From Octopus vulgaris (lineage: Eukaryota), in contig OX597818.1 in assembly GCA_951406725.2 (NCBI GenBank), forward strand, positions 76,570,001 through 76,634,000: a stretch of 64,000 nucleotides of DNA, in the 5' to 3' direction. Both the position numbers and the translations under genes were made by a program. The notes beneath the pieces are model-generated. The model did not search any database, was not told the DNA's origin, and saw nothing but the letters and a program-made list of their open reading frames with translations. This document shows, piece after piece, positions 11,814 to 26,499 of the stretch. Position 1 is the stretch's first letter. Each line of letters begins with the position of its first letter.

Positions 11814-14126
11814 TCACACAAACACTTTTTATTCAGTCTCTATGGCAACATGACTGATAATATTGTTCTCTGCTCTGTAATGGTGAGGGCAGGGTGGATG
11901 TTTAATAGATAACATTTATGCTGTTATACTCTGTGACCCAAGCACATTTTCCTGACATCAATACAGTGTTTGATGTATCTGTCGTTTTTGTTGCTTGTAG
12001 CACCTCCACTCCATCCAGACAACTCTGATCAAGCAGACTAGCCTGAAATCAAAATACATTCCACACATGACCACCCTGTCTAGTTTCTTTTTTCGTTTTT
12101 GTTTTACTTTTTCATCTACCGTGTATATCCTCCTCTATGGTGTGATTTGAGGAAAATCTAGCTATTTTTAGAAAGTCATGCAACTACATGAAGGCATATT
12201 CCTTTGAACCATTTTTTATATAACGTTTTAGAAAGACCTAGAACTGTGGCTTGCTTTAAGAGCTTCTTGAATTTGGGGTGCATGAGAATATTTGTGGGAT
12301 TGGTGTTAAGTTAAACAACAGCTTATCCATGTTCTTTTGCCATAAATCACCACATATATACAGTGTATTCATCTCTCAGCTCCTGTGTACTCTGACTTTG
12401 ACCTGTCATTTTGTGCATGAGCTATACTCAGCTTAATCAGTTCCTTTCCTTATAACTACTCTATTGTTGGCATACACACATACAGGGACACTCTCACACT
12501 CATAGATGTTTGTGTGTATGTATGTTTTGTACAATCTGCCTTTTGTATTGTTGTCTTCAACAAAGTGAGTGTTCTTCTAAACTTCTCATTGGTTAATCCT
12601 GATGGGAGAAAGGACTCTGATCAGAAATATTCCAACCGTAATTGCTTTTTCCTTTTTTTCTTTTTTTTTTTTTCAAGCATATCTCAAGAACTACATTGTC
12701 CATTCTTCCAATTTGTCTGAGATATCTATGATTTGATGAAGGTTTGGCTGCTTTTTCTAGCAGATCATGTGACCACAGTTTTACTCATTGTTGTCTACCT
12801 AGTTCACTACACTATTGTATGCTTCACCCTCATCACCAGCTAAGACAGCCAAATAATATTTATTTAGTGCACCTATTGAATGGTAATACAGTATCCTTAC
12901 AGTTCTGATATTGCGAGGTCTTCCTACAATAATGAAATTGCTTCTTTCTGGCTGTTATTATATTGACTCCTGGAGGCCAGTGTCATGAAGTGCCATTTTA
13001 TTCAACAGTATGTTCAGTTCCAATCTCTTATAAATATCTAGCAGTTCTTTCTTGCACAGATTCTGTAATGAAAAAAAACATCTGTTTGCAGAGATAAGGC
13101 TATAGAAATGGCAATGCCTGATTCTTATGAGAAAATTTAAAGATGTTTATGGAATCATTATCCACTGACATATTCAGACTGGTGTCTTCATCTTGGTTGC
13201 TATAGTCACACCATTTAAGCCATTGTATACTCCAGCTATTTTCAGAGGAGCTTGTGGCCAAGAACTGTGCAGTTATGACTGAGAATGCAAAGGTTAAACC
13301 AGTTACCCTACTAAAAATAAGTTTAAAGAAAATAATAATAATAAAAAACAATTAGTGGAGTGAGATGGGGAACAAAAAATATCAGGCATGGCTGAACATG
13401 TAGAGGTACAAGAGAAGGCAACAAGCCTTGTGGAATATAGTCAAGACAGATGTTAGGAAAGAGGAAGATGGTGATGATAGTTAGATAAGGAACAACACTG
13501 AAAGATATGACTACTGAGAGTGCATTTTATGTATTGGACTTTAATAACATTTTTAGTAAGCCCAGTATGTGATGAACATCACATGGACGTGCTTAGTTAT
13601 CAAAGAAAGAATATTAAAGCTACAGCCATAAATCATAACTTCTGTTTCTTAATTGTTCTATAGGACAACAGGATAAGGAATATAAGGGTTGATTAACGGT
13701 TTAGTTTAGCTAGTGAATATAAGTTCAGTCACAGATCAATCAAATATATGTGCGTGTGTGTGTGTGTGTGTGCTTGCCAAGACTGCGAGATAGCATTATT
13801 TAAAAGCTGAAACAATGCGAAGCATAGTTTTGAATAATAACAATCATCAATTACCTCCCCTTAGATTTTTTTCTACTTGCTGATTCATTTACAAACTCTC
13901 CTAGAAGCAACATGGACTAAAAACTTCTTTCAAAAAATACGAAATTGCAATTTTCCTTCAATTTACTGTCTTATGATAGTGAAACACGAAACCAGTCAAC
14001 TAATAATATTCTGTCTTTTAAGATATATTAAAAATATATAAATTGGGTGTATTTTCCTACTTTTATTATATACTTTTTCACTACAACTCACCATATGGGG
14101 AAGATCTCTTTTAAGAAATTCCATTT

Positions 14127-14168
<42 letters not shown>

Positions 14169-14372
14169 AAGTTAAATAAGGCCGGTTTTTGAGATTACCT
14201 TAGGTTTCACATCCATAAAGGGTTTAGCTTTATGGCGTATTATCTGATGATAAACCCTTTATGGACGTGAAACTTAAGGTAATCCCATAAACTGGCCTTA
14301 TCTAACTTTAATATATACTGCTTTATTACTTAGAGTGTGCTTCTTTCTTTCAGATTCATGTTTTTACAGATG
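14169..14372. mobile_element. Small fold-back element with degenerate hammerhead motif, within (TA)n
   Basis: Arms 14169-14226 / 14251-14308; CTGATGA 14244-14250 ... GAAAC 14269-14273 followed by TTAAGGTA; (TA)n on both flanks. Confidence 0.6.
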
Positions 14373-14421
<49 letters not shown>

Positions 14422-14543
14422 TAGAGAAAAAACACTATTATGCAATTCAAACAATGATATACATAAACCAAATCATAAATAAAAAATAAAATATATTTTT
14501 TAAAACATATAACTAGATCACAAAAAGGACAAAAATGAATAAT

Positions 14544-14633
<90 letters not shown>

Positions 14634-15619
14634 CAGGTAATGCACTATGTTCTTGAGCAAAACACTTCATTTCATGTTGCTCCAGTCCACTCAGCTGGCA
14701 AAAACAAGTAATCCAGCAATAGGCACTGTCCCATCCAGAGGGAAATATATACACACACCACAGAATCTAACAAACCAGCCTTATGAGCCTATGGCTCAGG
14801 AAAGACATTTGATCCTTTTTCACACACGTGTGCACACATATTCTCACTCTGGTCCCAGCAATATCACAAGTAGTCGAGAAACTTAAAAGAGAATATCCCT
14901 TAAATGGACAATAGATTAAGGACAGTCTGCCTTCATGGATTTGATAATGGGTTGGATAAAAAACATTACTGAATAGGACAGGCAGTAGAAGAAGACTGGA
15001 AGGTACTATAAATAAATGTTGTGACTATAACAACCAAGATAAAAAGACTCTAATAGAATACATCAATGTATAATAATGATAATTTCTAAAGAAGGGTGGA
15101 GTGTACAATTACTAGTGTTGTGACTATAACAACCAAGATGAGGATATAGACTGAACACATCAGCATATTCATTTTTGTGTCTCTTTCCTAAGTTGGACAG
15201 TTATTTATCCAAGGCAGTACTATTTATGGTTGGATGCTATTTATTTCACCCACCATTACCTGTTTTACAAGTCATGGACACATTGAGAGTGTGGAGCTGT
15301 GAACATAATGACAGGTTTCTTTTGGGGTAGGTGGGTTGGGGCTTTTGTTTTTTTTCCCACTCAGGTGTTCTCATACAAGAAGCAGAAATGCAAATCTTCC
15401 ATACAAATTTGTGCTCATGTTTTTGCACGTGCACACAAGACAATCTTCCATACTTCCGCTTAACCAATTCTCTCACAAGGCGTTGCTCAGCCTAATATAA
15501 TAGTAAAAACCAGTTGCCTGAGATGCCATGCAGTGGGAATGAACCTAAGAGTATGTGGTTGCAAAGTGAACTTCTTAACCATACATCCATATTTTCTCTT
15601 CTCAGAAATTCTCACATGA

Positions 15620-16408
15620 TATAACAAAGAGAAACAGGTTGTCCAGTTGGTGAATCTAGGTCTGAAACTAAAACATACCATTAAACAAGAGGTAGAACCT
15701 TCCTTTGCTTGCACACCCACTTCTCATAAATCACTTGAAGCCTCTCATGACCTCCTCATCAGAAAAACCATATCATTTTATTGTTCACCAATTGTGTGAT
15801 AGACCAGCAGATGTCTCAGTCTTAGGTCAACACATATAGCATTGAGATAGAGTTGGTTGATAGATGTGTGTAGTCAGGTATTGTTTGTTGTTTAATCTAC
15901 TTCAAAGCTTTTATCCTATACAGTAAAAAAAAATATGGTACTAGTAGCTTTTTAGTTTCATTTAAAGCCTTTTGTTACCATATTTTTGTTGAAACAAACT
16001 GCCTTTGTTTCAATTAATTTTGAAGAATTTAGTAAAATAACTTTGTCATTATTAACTGTTTTTGTTACCATATTTCTGTTGAAATACATAGCCTTTGTTT
16101 CAATTAATTTTGAAAATGATGAAGAACTTATCTAAAATAACTTTGTTGTTACCAAGCCAGTATTTGGAACATAAATTAGTATGACATTTTGATAGGAAAT
16201 TTTTATTTCGATCACTTTAAAACAGAAAGTTAGTATTGTAGAATTAGGGATGGTCTCAGGCAGGTTGGTATCAAAAGGGTGAGAGCCTTTCTACCTGGAG
16301 ATTTGTTTTTTATGTTCTGTGAACTTGGGCACTGCTATGGTTATGTGCTTCACAACCACATAGTGTCCAGTTTAATCTCATTACATGACACTTTAAGCAA
16401 GTCTCTTC
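15620..16408 (+). repeat. Local duplication, copy 1 (copy 2 at 22435-23625)
   Basis: Colinear matches such as TTTGCTTGCACACCCACTTCTCATAAATCA and TCTTAGGTCAACACATATA, continuing through a shared MITE and its downstream flank. Confidence 0.85.
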
Positions 16409-19400
16409 CATCACAGCTTTGTGTTGACCAATGCTTCATGAATAAAATCTGACAAACTGTGTAAAACATTAGAGAGATTGTTTAATATCAGAGCCTCATT
16501 GACCTGATAGAAATAGCAACCAAACCTCTCTCACATTACAATCAAGTATCCAGAATAGCATGACAGTCACATGTTTATTTTTTCCATTTATTTTCCCATT
16601 TTCTCCATATTAGCATAGCTTGGACAGAAATAGTTTTGTGGCAGGATTTTATGGCCAGATGCTCTTCTTGTCACCTACCTTCGTTTGTTTTTCAGTTAAG
16701 AAGTTTTATAGTCCACAAGTCTTTGAAAGCATGGAGCAATCAGTTGTAATGTCATCACAGAATGTCAACATCAACACCACTTCTTTGTTCAAATGGTGAC
16801 AATTGAAATGTTAACATTCATTGACACATCATGATCATCACATCTACTTTTGTATGTTTGCATGAGTTAGACAGAATTTATTGGCTGAGATTTTCTACAA
16901 TCGGTTGCCCCTCCTGTCACCAATTCTCACTTATATTGAGGCAAGCTAATATTTCCTCCTGATCAGGTATGTTTTTGCAGAATATTGGAAATGAATGACA
17001 CCACTTTTATGACAGGGTCACTTGTTTACAACTATCATATGGTGTCAAGACAATGAGACATAAACATACACACACTCATAACTCTGTCTCTCACACACAT
17101 ACATGCATGATGGACTTTTTCCAGTTTATGCCTACCAAACCCGCTCATATGACTTTGGTCAGCCTGGGACTGCAGTAAAAGATACTTGTCCAAAGTACCA
17201 CAAAGTGGGACTGAACCCAGAACCATGTGGTTGGAAAGCAAGCATCTTCATCACATAGCCATACCTGAATGTACTACATAGATATATTTTATTAATAAAC
17301 TGTGGAAGTTAGAGAGTGACTCAAGTTTGTGCATTAGCACTTATCAATGCACTGAATTTCCAGACCTTTTTGCTAGTTATAAATAAAATATATGTTTTCC
17401 TGTTTGCGTCACCAAACACATAGACACACACACGTATAATGTTCCATGATGGTAAGATCAACAAAAAAGGTACTTCATCTAGTGAGAGATAAATATTATT
17501 TAATAGACACAATACATGATTCTATGTGCTACTACTAGTTTCATGTGTTGAGAATATCCCAAACAATGTCCTATAATACGCCTGACATTTCAGCACAGTC
17601 ATCAGGCACAGCACACACGGCCTAATGAGCAAAAAATTGAATGAGAGAAGAAACGAGAAAAGGCGAGAAGGAAGTATATAGAAAAAGTGGAAGATTTAAA
17701 AAAAACAACAGAAAATGAAAAAGTAATTAGAAAGAAGCAAAAGGGGGATGATGATACTGATATGATAGGGTTGATCCATTTTCTGTCTAACAAATTCATT
17801 CATAAGGCATTGGTTAACCCAGGGTAATAGTAGAAAATGCTATATGATAATCCTAAATATGCAACACCTAACAGAATGTCAGGACAGTCTTGGGTAGAAA
17901 CTCTTTGATCATTGGCCTTCTTGGTTGTAATTCATCTGGGAGCAAAACTACTAATGTTGTTTTGAATGCTGGTCTAGTTGCTGGCATAATCCAAAACACT
18001 ACTGTTATCTTTCTGACTGATATAACAACAATAGACTGAGATTAGTTTGTGTGTTGACCATCCCACCAACATTGAAGTCCTCCTATGCACAGCTGAGAGC
18101 CAAGCACTTGCTGATGATACTGTAAATAAAAGATACAACTAATAGTTTTGATGGTGTTTGTTAAATGCCGCCTGAAATGAGGATAGTCAAGCAGCAATTA
18201 TTTTAGAAATTATGCTATGATAAACAGTAACATTTGGAGATTCTGAAGAGAATCATCATCATTGTCATTTTAACATCCACTTTTCTATGCTTGCATGGGT
18301 CTGATTCAGTTTTATCAACGAAGACTTTCTATGGTCTAATGCCCTTCCTGTCACCAACCCTCACCTGTTTCCAAGTAAGGTGATATTTCCCCATAGCCAG
18401 AAAGGTTTTTTTGCAGAGGAGATTGGAAATGGACACTGCTTGTAATGATGATGAATCACATTTGTAACTATTATGTGATGTCAAAACAACGAGACACAAG
18501 CATATACAAACACACACACACACATATATACTTTCCCAAGGTGCCACAACACTGGGACTGATCCCAAAATCAAACTTCTTAATCATACAGCCACATCTTT
18601 AGAAGAAAGCTAAGAATTTAGGGATGTGTTTGTTTTGTATGTGAGTGTTGAGGAGGTGCTTAGGATGTGAAATTTTGGGGTTGTTGTTTATCTCCAGACA
18701 AGATATTAAATCATACAAAACTTTTATCAAAGGCAAACCAAGAGTGATTATCTAGTCTCTTTCATTCAGGCACAAGTATTTAGGACTACATTTCTTTTTT
18801 GTTTTATAAGACAAAATGTGATTTAAGGGAAGTTTGGCTGCTATTTCTAACAAGTCAAGTGACCATACAAGTGCTTCCTTGTTGCTTTTTCCTTTGTCAG
18901 CAGTGTATTGGTAGAGATGATTGAGCATCAGACAGATTACTTCTAATTATTTATTCTACCTCTTTGTGCTCTGAGTTCAAATTCTGCTGAAGTCAGCCTT
19001 GCCTCTTATTGATGAATAAAAGTACCAATTCTGGGCAGTGGATTGACAGAACAGTAGGAATGTCAGACTGGATTCCTTGCATTATTCCAGTTCTTTGCAT
19101 TCTGAGCTTAAATCCACCACAGCCTACATGGATAGTAGACTTAATCCATATCCTGGATTAATACTCCACCAGGCACCTTGAGTGTCTTTTAGTGGAGTTC
19201 ACACTGTTGCAAGCATTCGGGCTCAGTCTCTGGTTTGAGTTTACATTCCTCCCTTCTGTGTCAGATGCTCTGTAAAGATTCATGGCTCTTGCTTTCTTTC
19301 CTTGCTGAAGGATAAAAGATAAATCAGTATTCATTGTAAACCACCACATGACATCTCACAAGCTGACAAAATCATAAAAATGTTTCTTTTGACTCATTAT

Positions 19401-19805
19401 GTTCTGAGTTCAAATTCTGCGGAGGTCAATTTTGCCTTTCATCCTTCCAAGATTGATAAAAATAGTCAAGAACTGAGAGTGGGTGTTATCAACTGACCTC
19501 CTTCCCTCAAAATCACTGACCTTGAAACAGTTATTATTTAACCACTACAGATTCACCTCAGTTCCTGCCATTCCTCTTACAGAATCATTATGAGGTCACA
19601 ATAGTAGTAAAAAGGCAAAATGCACGCCTCAAACTTTATAAATATGTTTCTTTTTTCTTTATTTCTGCTTGGTTTTGAGAAGTTGCACCACTCCTATTTG
19701 TCAATAGAGTGACATTAGAAAGAGATTCAATTGTACAGTTTACATATTTGTAGAAATAAACCATCCCACACATAATGACATGACGAAAAACTGAGTTTAA
19801 AGTAG

Positions 19806-19847
<42 letters not shown>

Positions 19848-20049
19848 CATGTGTGTCATCATTGCTTGATGTCCACTTTTCCATACTTCTATGGGTCAGA
19901 TGGAATATGTTGTGGCAGATTTTCTGTGATCCTATGCCCTTCCTGTCACCAACCCTCACTTATTTCCAAGCAAGGTATTTTTGTCCCTATAGCCAGATAT
20001 ATTTTCGCAGAACATTAGAAACAAATGACACTGCTTGTATGACAGTAAC

Positions 20050-20215
20050 TGGAGCATCACCTTAAAGGGTTTTAATCAAACAAATCAACCCCAGGACTTA
20101 TTCTTTGTAAGCCTATTACTTTATTGGTCTCTTTTGCCAAATTGCTAAGTTACAGGTACATAAACACACCAACATCGATTGTCAAGCATTGGTTGGGGGA
20201 CAAACACAGACAGAA

Positions 20216-20256
<41 letters not shown>

Positions 20257-20435
20257 CATACATACATACATACATACATACACGACAGGCTTCTTTCAGT
20301 TTCTGTCTACCAAATCCACTCAAAGTTTTGGTCAGCTTGAGGCTATAATAGAAGTCGCTTGTCCAAGGTGTCACATGATGGAACTGAACCTGGAATCATG
20401 TGCTTGGAAAGCAAGCTTCTTACTACACACCACAC
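20050..20435 (-). mobile_element. tRNA-like SINE, family B
   Basis: Matches the 45010-45407 element; internal (TA)n/(TACA)n. Confidence 0.8.
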
Positions 20436-21727
20436 CATACATGTTTATACTTGTATGTATATATGTGTGTGTATTTGTGTAGCTTCCACTGAAGAATATA
20501 AACATCAGCATGAAATTGAATAAATGAAGCTCTGGTCTTTCTCAGAACCTTGTAACCAACAAAAATAAACATGCAGATTTAATCCAACTACATCATGGGT
20601 TAGTGCTTTTTATTATAGCCCTGGGCCAATTAATGCCTTGTGATTATAAATGGAAACTGTGTGGAAGCCCTTCATGTGTGTGTATGTTTGTTTGCTGCCT
20701 CGCCTTCAACTGTGTGACAAGTAATTGTTTGTTAATGTCTATGTAACTTGGAAGTTCAGCAAAAAAGTACTGAGGTCAATTCAGTCAACTAAAATTTCTT
20801 AAGGCGATGCCCCAACATGACCACAGCTCAGTGACTAAAACAAGAAGAATAAAAGAATGAAAGAAATAATGTGTTTATGTAGTATAAACACTTGCACACA
20901 CACATATATAATGTTGAAGAATAGAGAGGAGAGAGAGAATAGTCCTAATTTGCTTTAGTACTAGTGTTGAACAGACTAGTAGTCATCGTCGTAGTGGTGG
21001 TGGTAGTAGTAGTAGTAAGGTGATCTAATTAATTATAGACACATGTGATTGGTTCGCAGAAATCCAAGTGGCAGAGAATGTAACATCAGTGAGTGAGTGA
21101 AATGACCCTGGTATTTTCTGTCTGTCTGCTGCACAGTGGCTCTCTCTCTCTCTCCCCACTACTAACAAATTCACTTCATATGACTGATCATTATTACAGT
21201 GAGCCGCTCACATTTCTGTGTCTGTAGAATGACAGTAGGTCATTGTCATTTAAACTTTGTGTGAAACAAAAACCTGAAAACAAACAACAGCTCTCCCCCC
21301 CACACCCCACACACACACACCAAAGACAAATAAAAATGAAACATTAAAAACTTTGTTTATGCATTTAAAAGAAAGTTTCTTTTTTTGTTTTCTTTCCACT
21401 CCTCCTTCACATCCCACTTCATCATCATCATCTAATGTCCATCTTCCCTGTCAACATGGGTTGGATGGTTTGACAGGATCTGATGAGCCAGAGGACTGTG
21501 GAGCTCCAGTGTTTGCTTTTAGCATGGTCTCTATGGCATGATGTCTTTCCTTATGCCAACTGCCATCTCTCATAATTCATGATACTGTTTCATTAAGCAA
21601 GATAAACTTTGTTATTGATCCCTAAGTCAACCCTTCATTAAGCTCTTAAATAATTTCATTACATTGTTTAAAACTCTATTTTTCCACAGAGTTCCATGTA
21701 AAATTTTATATGACTATTACTTTTCCT

Positions 21728-21775
<48 letters not shown>

Positions 21776-22434
21776 CAACTCTTATAACATGGTTAGCATT
21801 AGGAAGGGTATCCAGCTGTAAAAACCATGCCACAGGAGACAGCAGAGCTTGATGCAACCCTCTGGCTTGCCAGCTCCTGTCGAACTTTCCAACCCATGCC
21901 AGCATGGAAAATGGATGTTAAATGATGATGATGATGATGGTATTAATCATTAAAGAATAGATAGGATTGGAATGTAAGACACATTTCAAAAAACATGTTC
22001 TTAATAAAAATAGCAGAACTCTGTAGCGAAAGAAGTAGCTTGACTGTAATCAGCTAAGATAGAAGTATTCTAAGGATGCAAGTTATACACACATACAGTG
22101 AGGTAGAGAGTACAATGTGTCCTGATTGTATCACTGTCCCATGTATAGTTTACCACTGCATGTCAGTGTGCATAACTCCACATGTGCTTTTTTTGCTTTT
22201 TTTAATCCATTAGATGGGTTTAAAGTATATGTGGATCCGTAGATTGTACTTATGTACATTATGTACTCAAAGTTTGCTCCTATCAGGCCTGATTAAGGTC
22301 AGCAATCACTGATTGGTCAAGAAAAATTAACCAATGAACATTTCACAATACCACTGTAATTGTGAAATGTTAAATCCCCTCCACATCTGCTATCCCCTTT
22401 CATTTCTTTTTTTTTTTTTTTTGATCCAGTAGAA

Positions 22435-23625
22435 CCATACAACAAACAAGAACATGTTGACCAGTTACTTGGTGGACCTAGGGCATACCATTAAACAAAA
22501 GATATAGAACCTTCTTTTGCTTGCACACCCACTTCTCATAAATCATTTGAAGTCTCTCATGACCACCTCATCAGAACCTTGTCATTTTATTGTTCACCAG
22601 TTGTGTGATAGACCAGCAGACATCTGTCTTAGGTCAACACATATAACATAGAGATAGAGTTGGTTGATGGGAGTGTCTATTTTTGTGGTCAGGTACTGTT
22701 TGTTGTTTAATCTACTTCAAAGCTTTTATCCTGTACAGTAAAAAAGAATATATGGTACTTGTAGCTTTTTAGTTTCATTTAAAGCCTTTTGTTACTATAT
22801 TTCTGTTGAAACAAACTGCCTTTGTTTCATTTAATTTTGAAGAATTTAGTAAAATAACTTTGTCATTATCAACCCTTTTGTTCCTGTATTTCTGTTAAAA
22901 TATGTTTTGTTTCAATTAATTTGAAATGAAGAACTTAGTAAAATAACTTTGTTGTTATTAAGCTGGTGTATTTGCAACATAAATTAACATCAGGTTTTGA
23001 TGGAAGAAGGCTATAATTTAGATACAAACCTGCTTGAGACCATCCTTGGTTTTTATGATATAAACTTCATGCTTTAACACTTTAGCATTTAAACCGGCCA
23101 TAACCGGCCAAAATATTCTACCTTTTGTTTAAACCAGTTAGATCCAGCCTCTCACACCTACCATATAAAGTTTTTCTTAAAATGAGCAATCACATCATCA
23201 AAATCTTGAAGCTAAAAGATAAAGCATGATTAATTTAAGACAATTTGACTAAATAAACATTAAATTTGACAGAATAATCCGAATGCTAAAGGGTTAAAGT
23301 GTTTGTAGTTTAAACTTTCTATGAAAATTCAGTATTAATTTATGTTCCAAACATCAAGTTGATAACGAGAAAATTTGTTTCAAAACCAACTGAAATAAAT
23401 AAAGGTAGTGTATTTCAACAGAAATATGGCTACAAAAGGGTTAAAATAGAAACATTGTATCATAGACTCAAGGGCAATCACTGTTGGAATGTTATCAAAA
23501 AGGTTAAAGCTTTTTGCTGGAGATTTTAATATTCAGTGCATTTGGGCACTACTATGGTTGTGTGCTTCACAATTACATAGTTTCCAGTTCAATCCCATTT
23601 CATGGTACTTTGTGCAGATCTCTTT
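22435..23625 (+). repeat. Local duplication, copy 2, expanded by nested MITE insertions
   Basis: Colinear with 15620-16408 apart from extra sequence at ~23020-23444. Confidence 0.8.
23078..23293. mobile_element. TTAA-flanked (piggyBac-like) MITE
   Basis: TTAA-CACTTTAGCATT ... AATGCTAAAGGG-TTAA. Confidence 0.8.
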
Positions 23626-25897
23626 TTCAGATATTACCATCCTATTTTTTGTACAGATAGTATATTTAGAACTATATTGTATGATGTGTCCTTCTTAGTA
23701 TATTTAGGAGTACATTGTATAATGTGACTTCCTTTTTAATGCAGTTGTGTGATTTCAGGGATATATGCCTGTTATCACTAGTAGATTGAGTGACCCTGTA
23801 AAGATTCCATTGTTTTCTCATGGTGGGTATTTATTTAGAGTTAGTTGCACTTTTTTCACTAACCATTCAACCATAAAATAGGAGGGAAATTTCCAAAAGA
23901 CAAACATCTAATGTTTACAGTTGAATGACTGTTCACTGAAGGGGAACAAAATGCACAGCTTAATTAATTCATAAACTATAAATTACAATTAACTAAAATT
24001 ATAAAGTTATTGATCTTTTTACATCCTGACTGTATTAAGAATATTGTTATGTTAATTTGGCTTTCATTCTAGCAATTATTTACTAATTGTTACCGAAATT
24101 GAGTGAAGTTCTGTGTGTATTTGTCTGTAAATGTGTGTGTGTGTGTGTTATTGTTATTATTTAGGCAGTAAACTGGCATCAGACAAAATGCTTTGCAGCA
24201 TGTGTTCTGGCTCCTCACATTCTGAACTCAAATCCCTCTTTTGTTAACTTTGCCTTTAATCCTTTTAGTGTGTGTGTGGTGGGGGTCAGTAAAATAAGGT
24301 ACTAGTCAAGTATGATGGGAGCAGGGTGTCAGTATATATATATATATATATATATAAATATATATATAATCTTCCCAACTATATGGTCTCATGTTCAGTT
24401 AGACTGTGCAGCACCTTGGACAAGTGTCTTCAACTATAGCTCTAGACTGACCAAAGCAATGTGAGTTGATCCGGTGGATGGAAACTGAAAGAAGCTATTG
24501 TGTGTGTGTGTGTGTGTGTGTGTTTGTGTGTATTTTGTTATATCTCAGGAAGGTCAATATGCCAGTAATAAACACATATATTTCTCTGTTTATTAGTCAT
24601 CTGGTTAACCATTTAACTAATCAGTTGTTTAATTAATTGTTTGGTCAAGTACAACATTTGCTTGTTGTTGTATAGCCCCAGGTCTACATTCACGTTCCAT
24701 CCATGACCATCCCATCTTTTATTCAGACATAGCTGGTGCCATGTTAAAAGCACTGGTGCTGGCACCACATAAAAATTACCCAGTACACTCTGGAATAGTT
24801 GGCGTTAAAAAGGGCATCTAGCCGTAGAAATACCAGAACAGACCTTGGAGCCTAGTGCAGCCCCTGACCATACCAGCTCTGGTCAAACCGTCCAACCCAT
24901 GCCAGCATGGAAAATGGATGTCAAATGATAATGCTGATGATTGCACATTATGTAATGTGTCCTCTCTTTTTTTTTTTTTTTGTAAATATAGAGCAAATTT
25001 GACTGTTAGTTTGAGCTGGACATGTGACCCTGTTGCAACTTCGTTGTTGGCAACATTTGGTTTACATTTCTGCTGCCAGAAGTCTGTGTGATTCAAAAAG
25101 TCATTGAAAGCCAAACCCATTCTCTTTGCAAATCTGTTCCAGATGAAAAGCAACCTTGGAGCCAATGTGAAGATTTCCACTTAATTATTTTCATTGAAAA
25201 TGTAGTTATGGCTCTCTCTGCTTAGGCCTCAGATCATAGCAGGATTCTTTGCCTGGTTATGAAGATTTATATCATGACAAAATGTCATTTATTCATATTT
25301 AATTAAACCAATTGTATCATTATTGAAGAAAACGATAATTACAGTATCTATGACAGGTTCTTTATTCTATCTGCTTTATTAAAGAAAGTGAAATCTTTAT
25401 GTTTCACTGTATATTTATCTTTTTAACATTTAGTTAGATTTCAGTACACTGACTTCTTGGTGAATACTCTACAGTAGGTAGATAGGACCCTGTTAATATG
25501 ATATTAAGTAAAACATACTTCTTAATGATTACTGTAGGTAAGTCAGGCACTGTTAATGTGGGATTAAGTAAAATATCACTGACTTCCTAATGAATAATAT
25601 AGGTAGGTGAGAACCCATTAAATTAATGAGCTGGGAGGGTAAGCAGTCCCCTTCATAACTATGTACATGGTAACTCTATGAAAGCCTATTGGAGGAACAG
25701 TTTGTGTTTAGACTTAATCTAGTGCCTGGCTTAACACTATGACTAGCCTTTGGGTGTCTTTTTGGGGGTTGTAAGTATTTAGATCCAGGCTTGGCTTTGA
25801 GAATAACTTTCCCCTACCCATCTCTGACATCCTGAAAAGAGTGATTGGATTCTCCTTTTTCTCCTTTGAGATATTGAAATATTTATATAGTGTGACC

Positions 25898-25999
<102 letters not shown>

Positions 26000-26499
26000 C
26001 TTTTGTCTAATTGAAACTTTCAACAAAAGTGCACACCCATCAAGAATACTGGTATTCTGAATCTTTCAAATGTGATTGCAACTTTTTACTTGTCTTTTTA
26101 CTCCTTATGATGTGTTATCATACATTCATGTTATTTTCCATTTGTCTATCAACTGTTGTCTCTTGAACACTGAATACTGTCACAGTATTTTGTGGCTCTA
26201 TAATTTAATTTGACAAACTTACAGAAAAATTAATTGAAGCTAATCTGTCACTGTTGTATGAATCAAAAATATAAATCATCAAACTAGACTGAAATTTTAA
26301 TGGGTGAGCATTTATATCAAAGATGAGTGCTTTGCCTGTCTAGAATTTCTTTCGTTCTCTTTGGAAATGGCTAGCATCAGGATCATGGTTGTTAATTTAT
26401 TTCAAGAAGTTTCATGCCAAAAGAGAAGAATATTTAATTGCAAATGTTACATTAAAAACAAATTTTCAAGAGTAAATTGTCCACTAAATCAAGAAGATA

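Noticed and set aside
13539-13609. Minus-strand hairpin with hammerhead-like layout (TTGATAA...TAAAA)
   Set aside because: Both core motifs are mutated; too degenerate to support.
20481-20531. AGCTTCCA-CTGAAGA...GAAATTGAATA-AATGAAGCT hammerhead-like motif
   Set aside because: Stem II is essentially unpaired and the stem I register is off; chance cannot be excluded.
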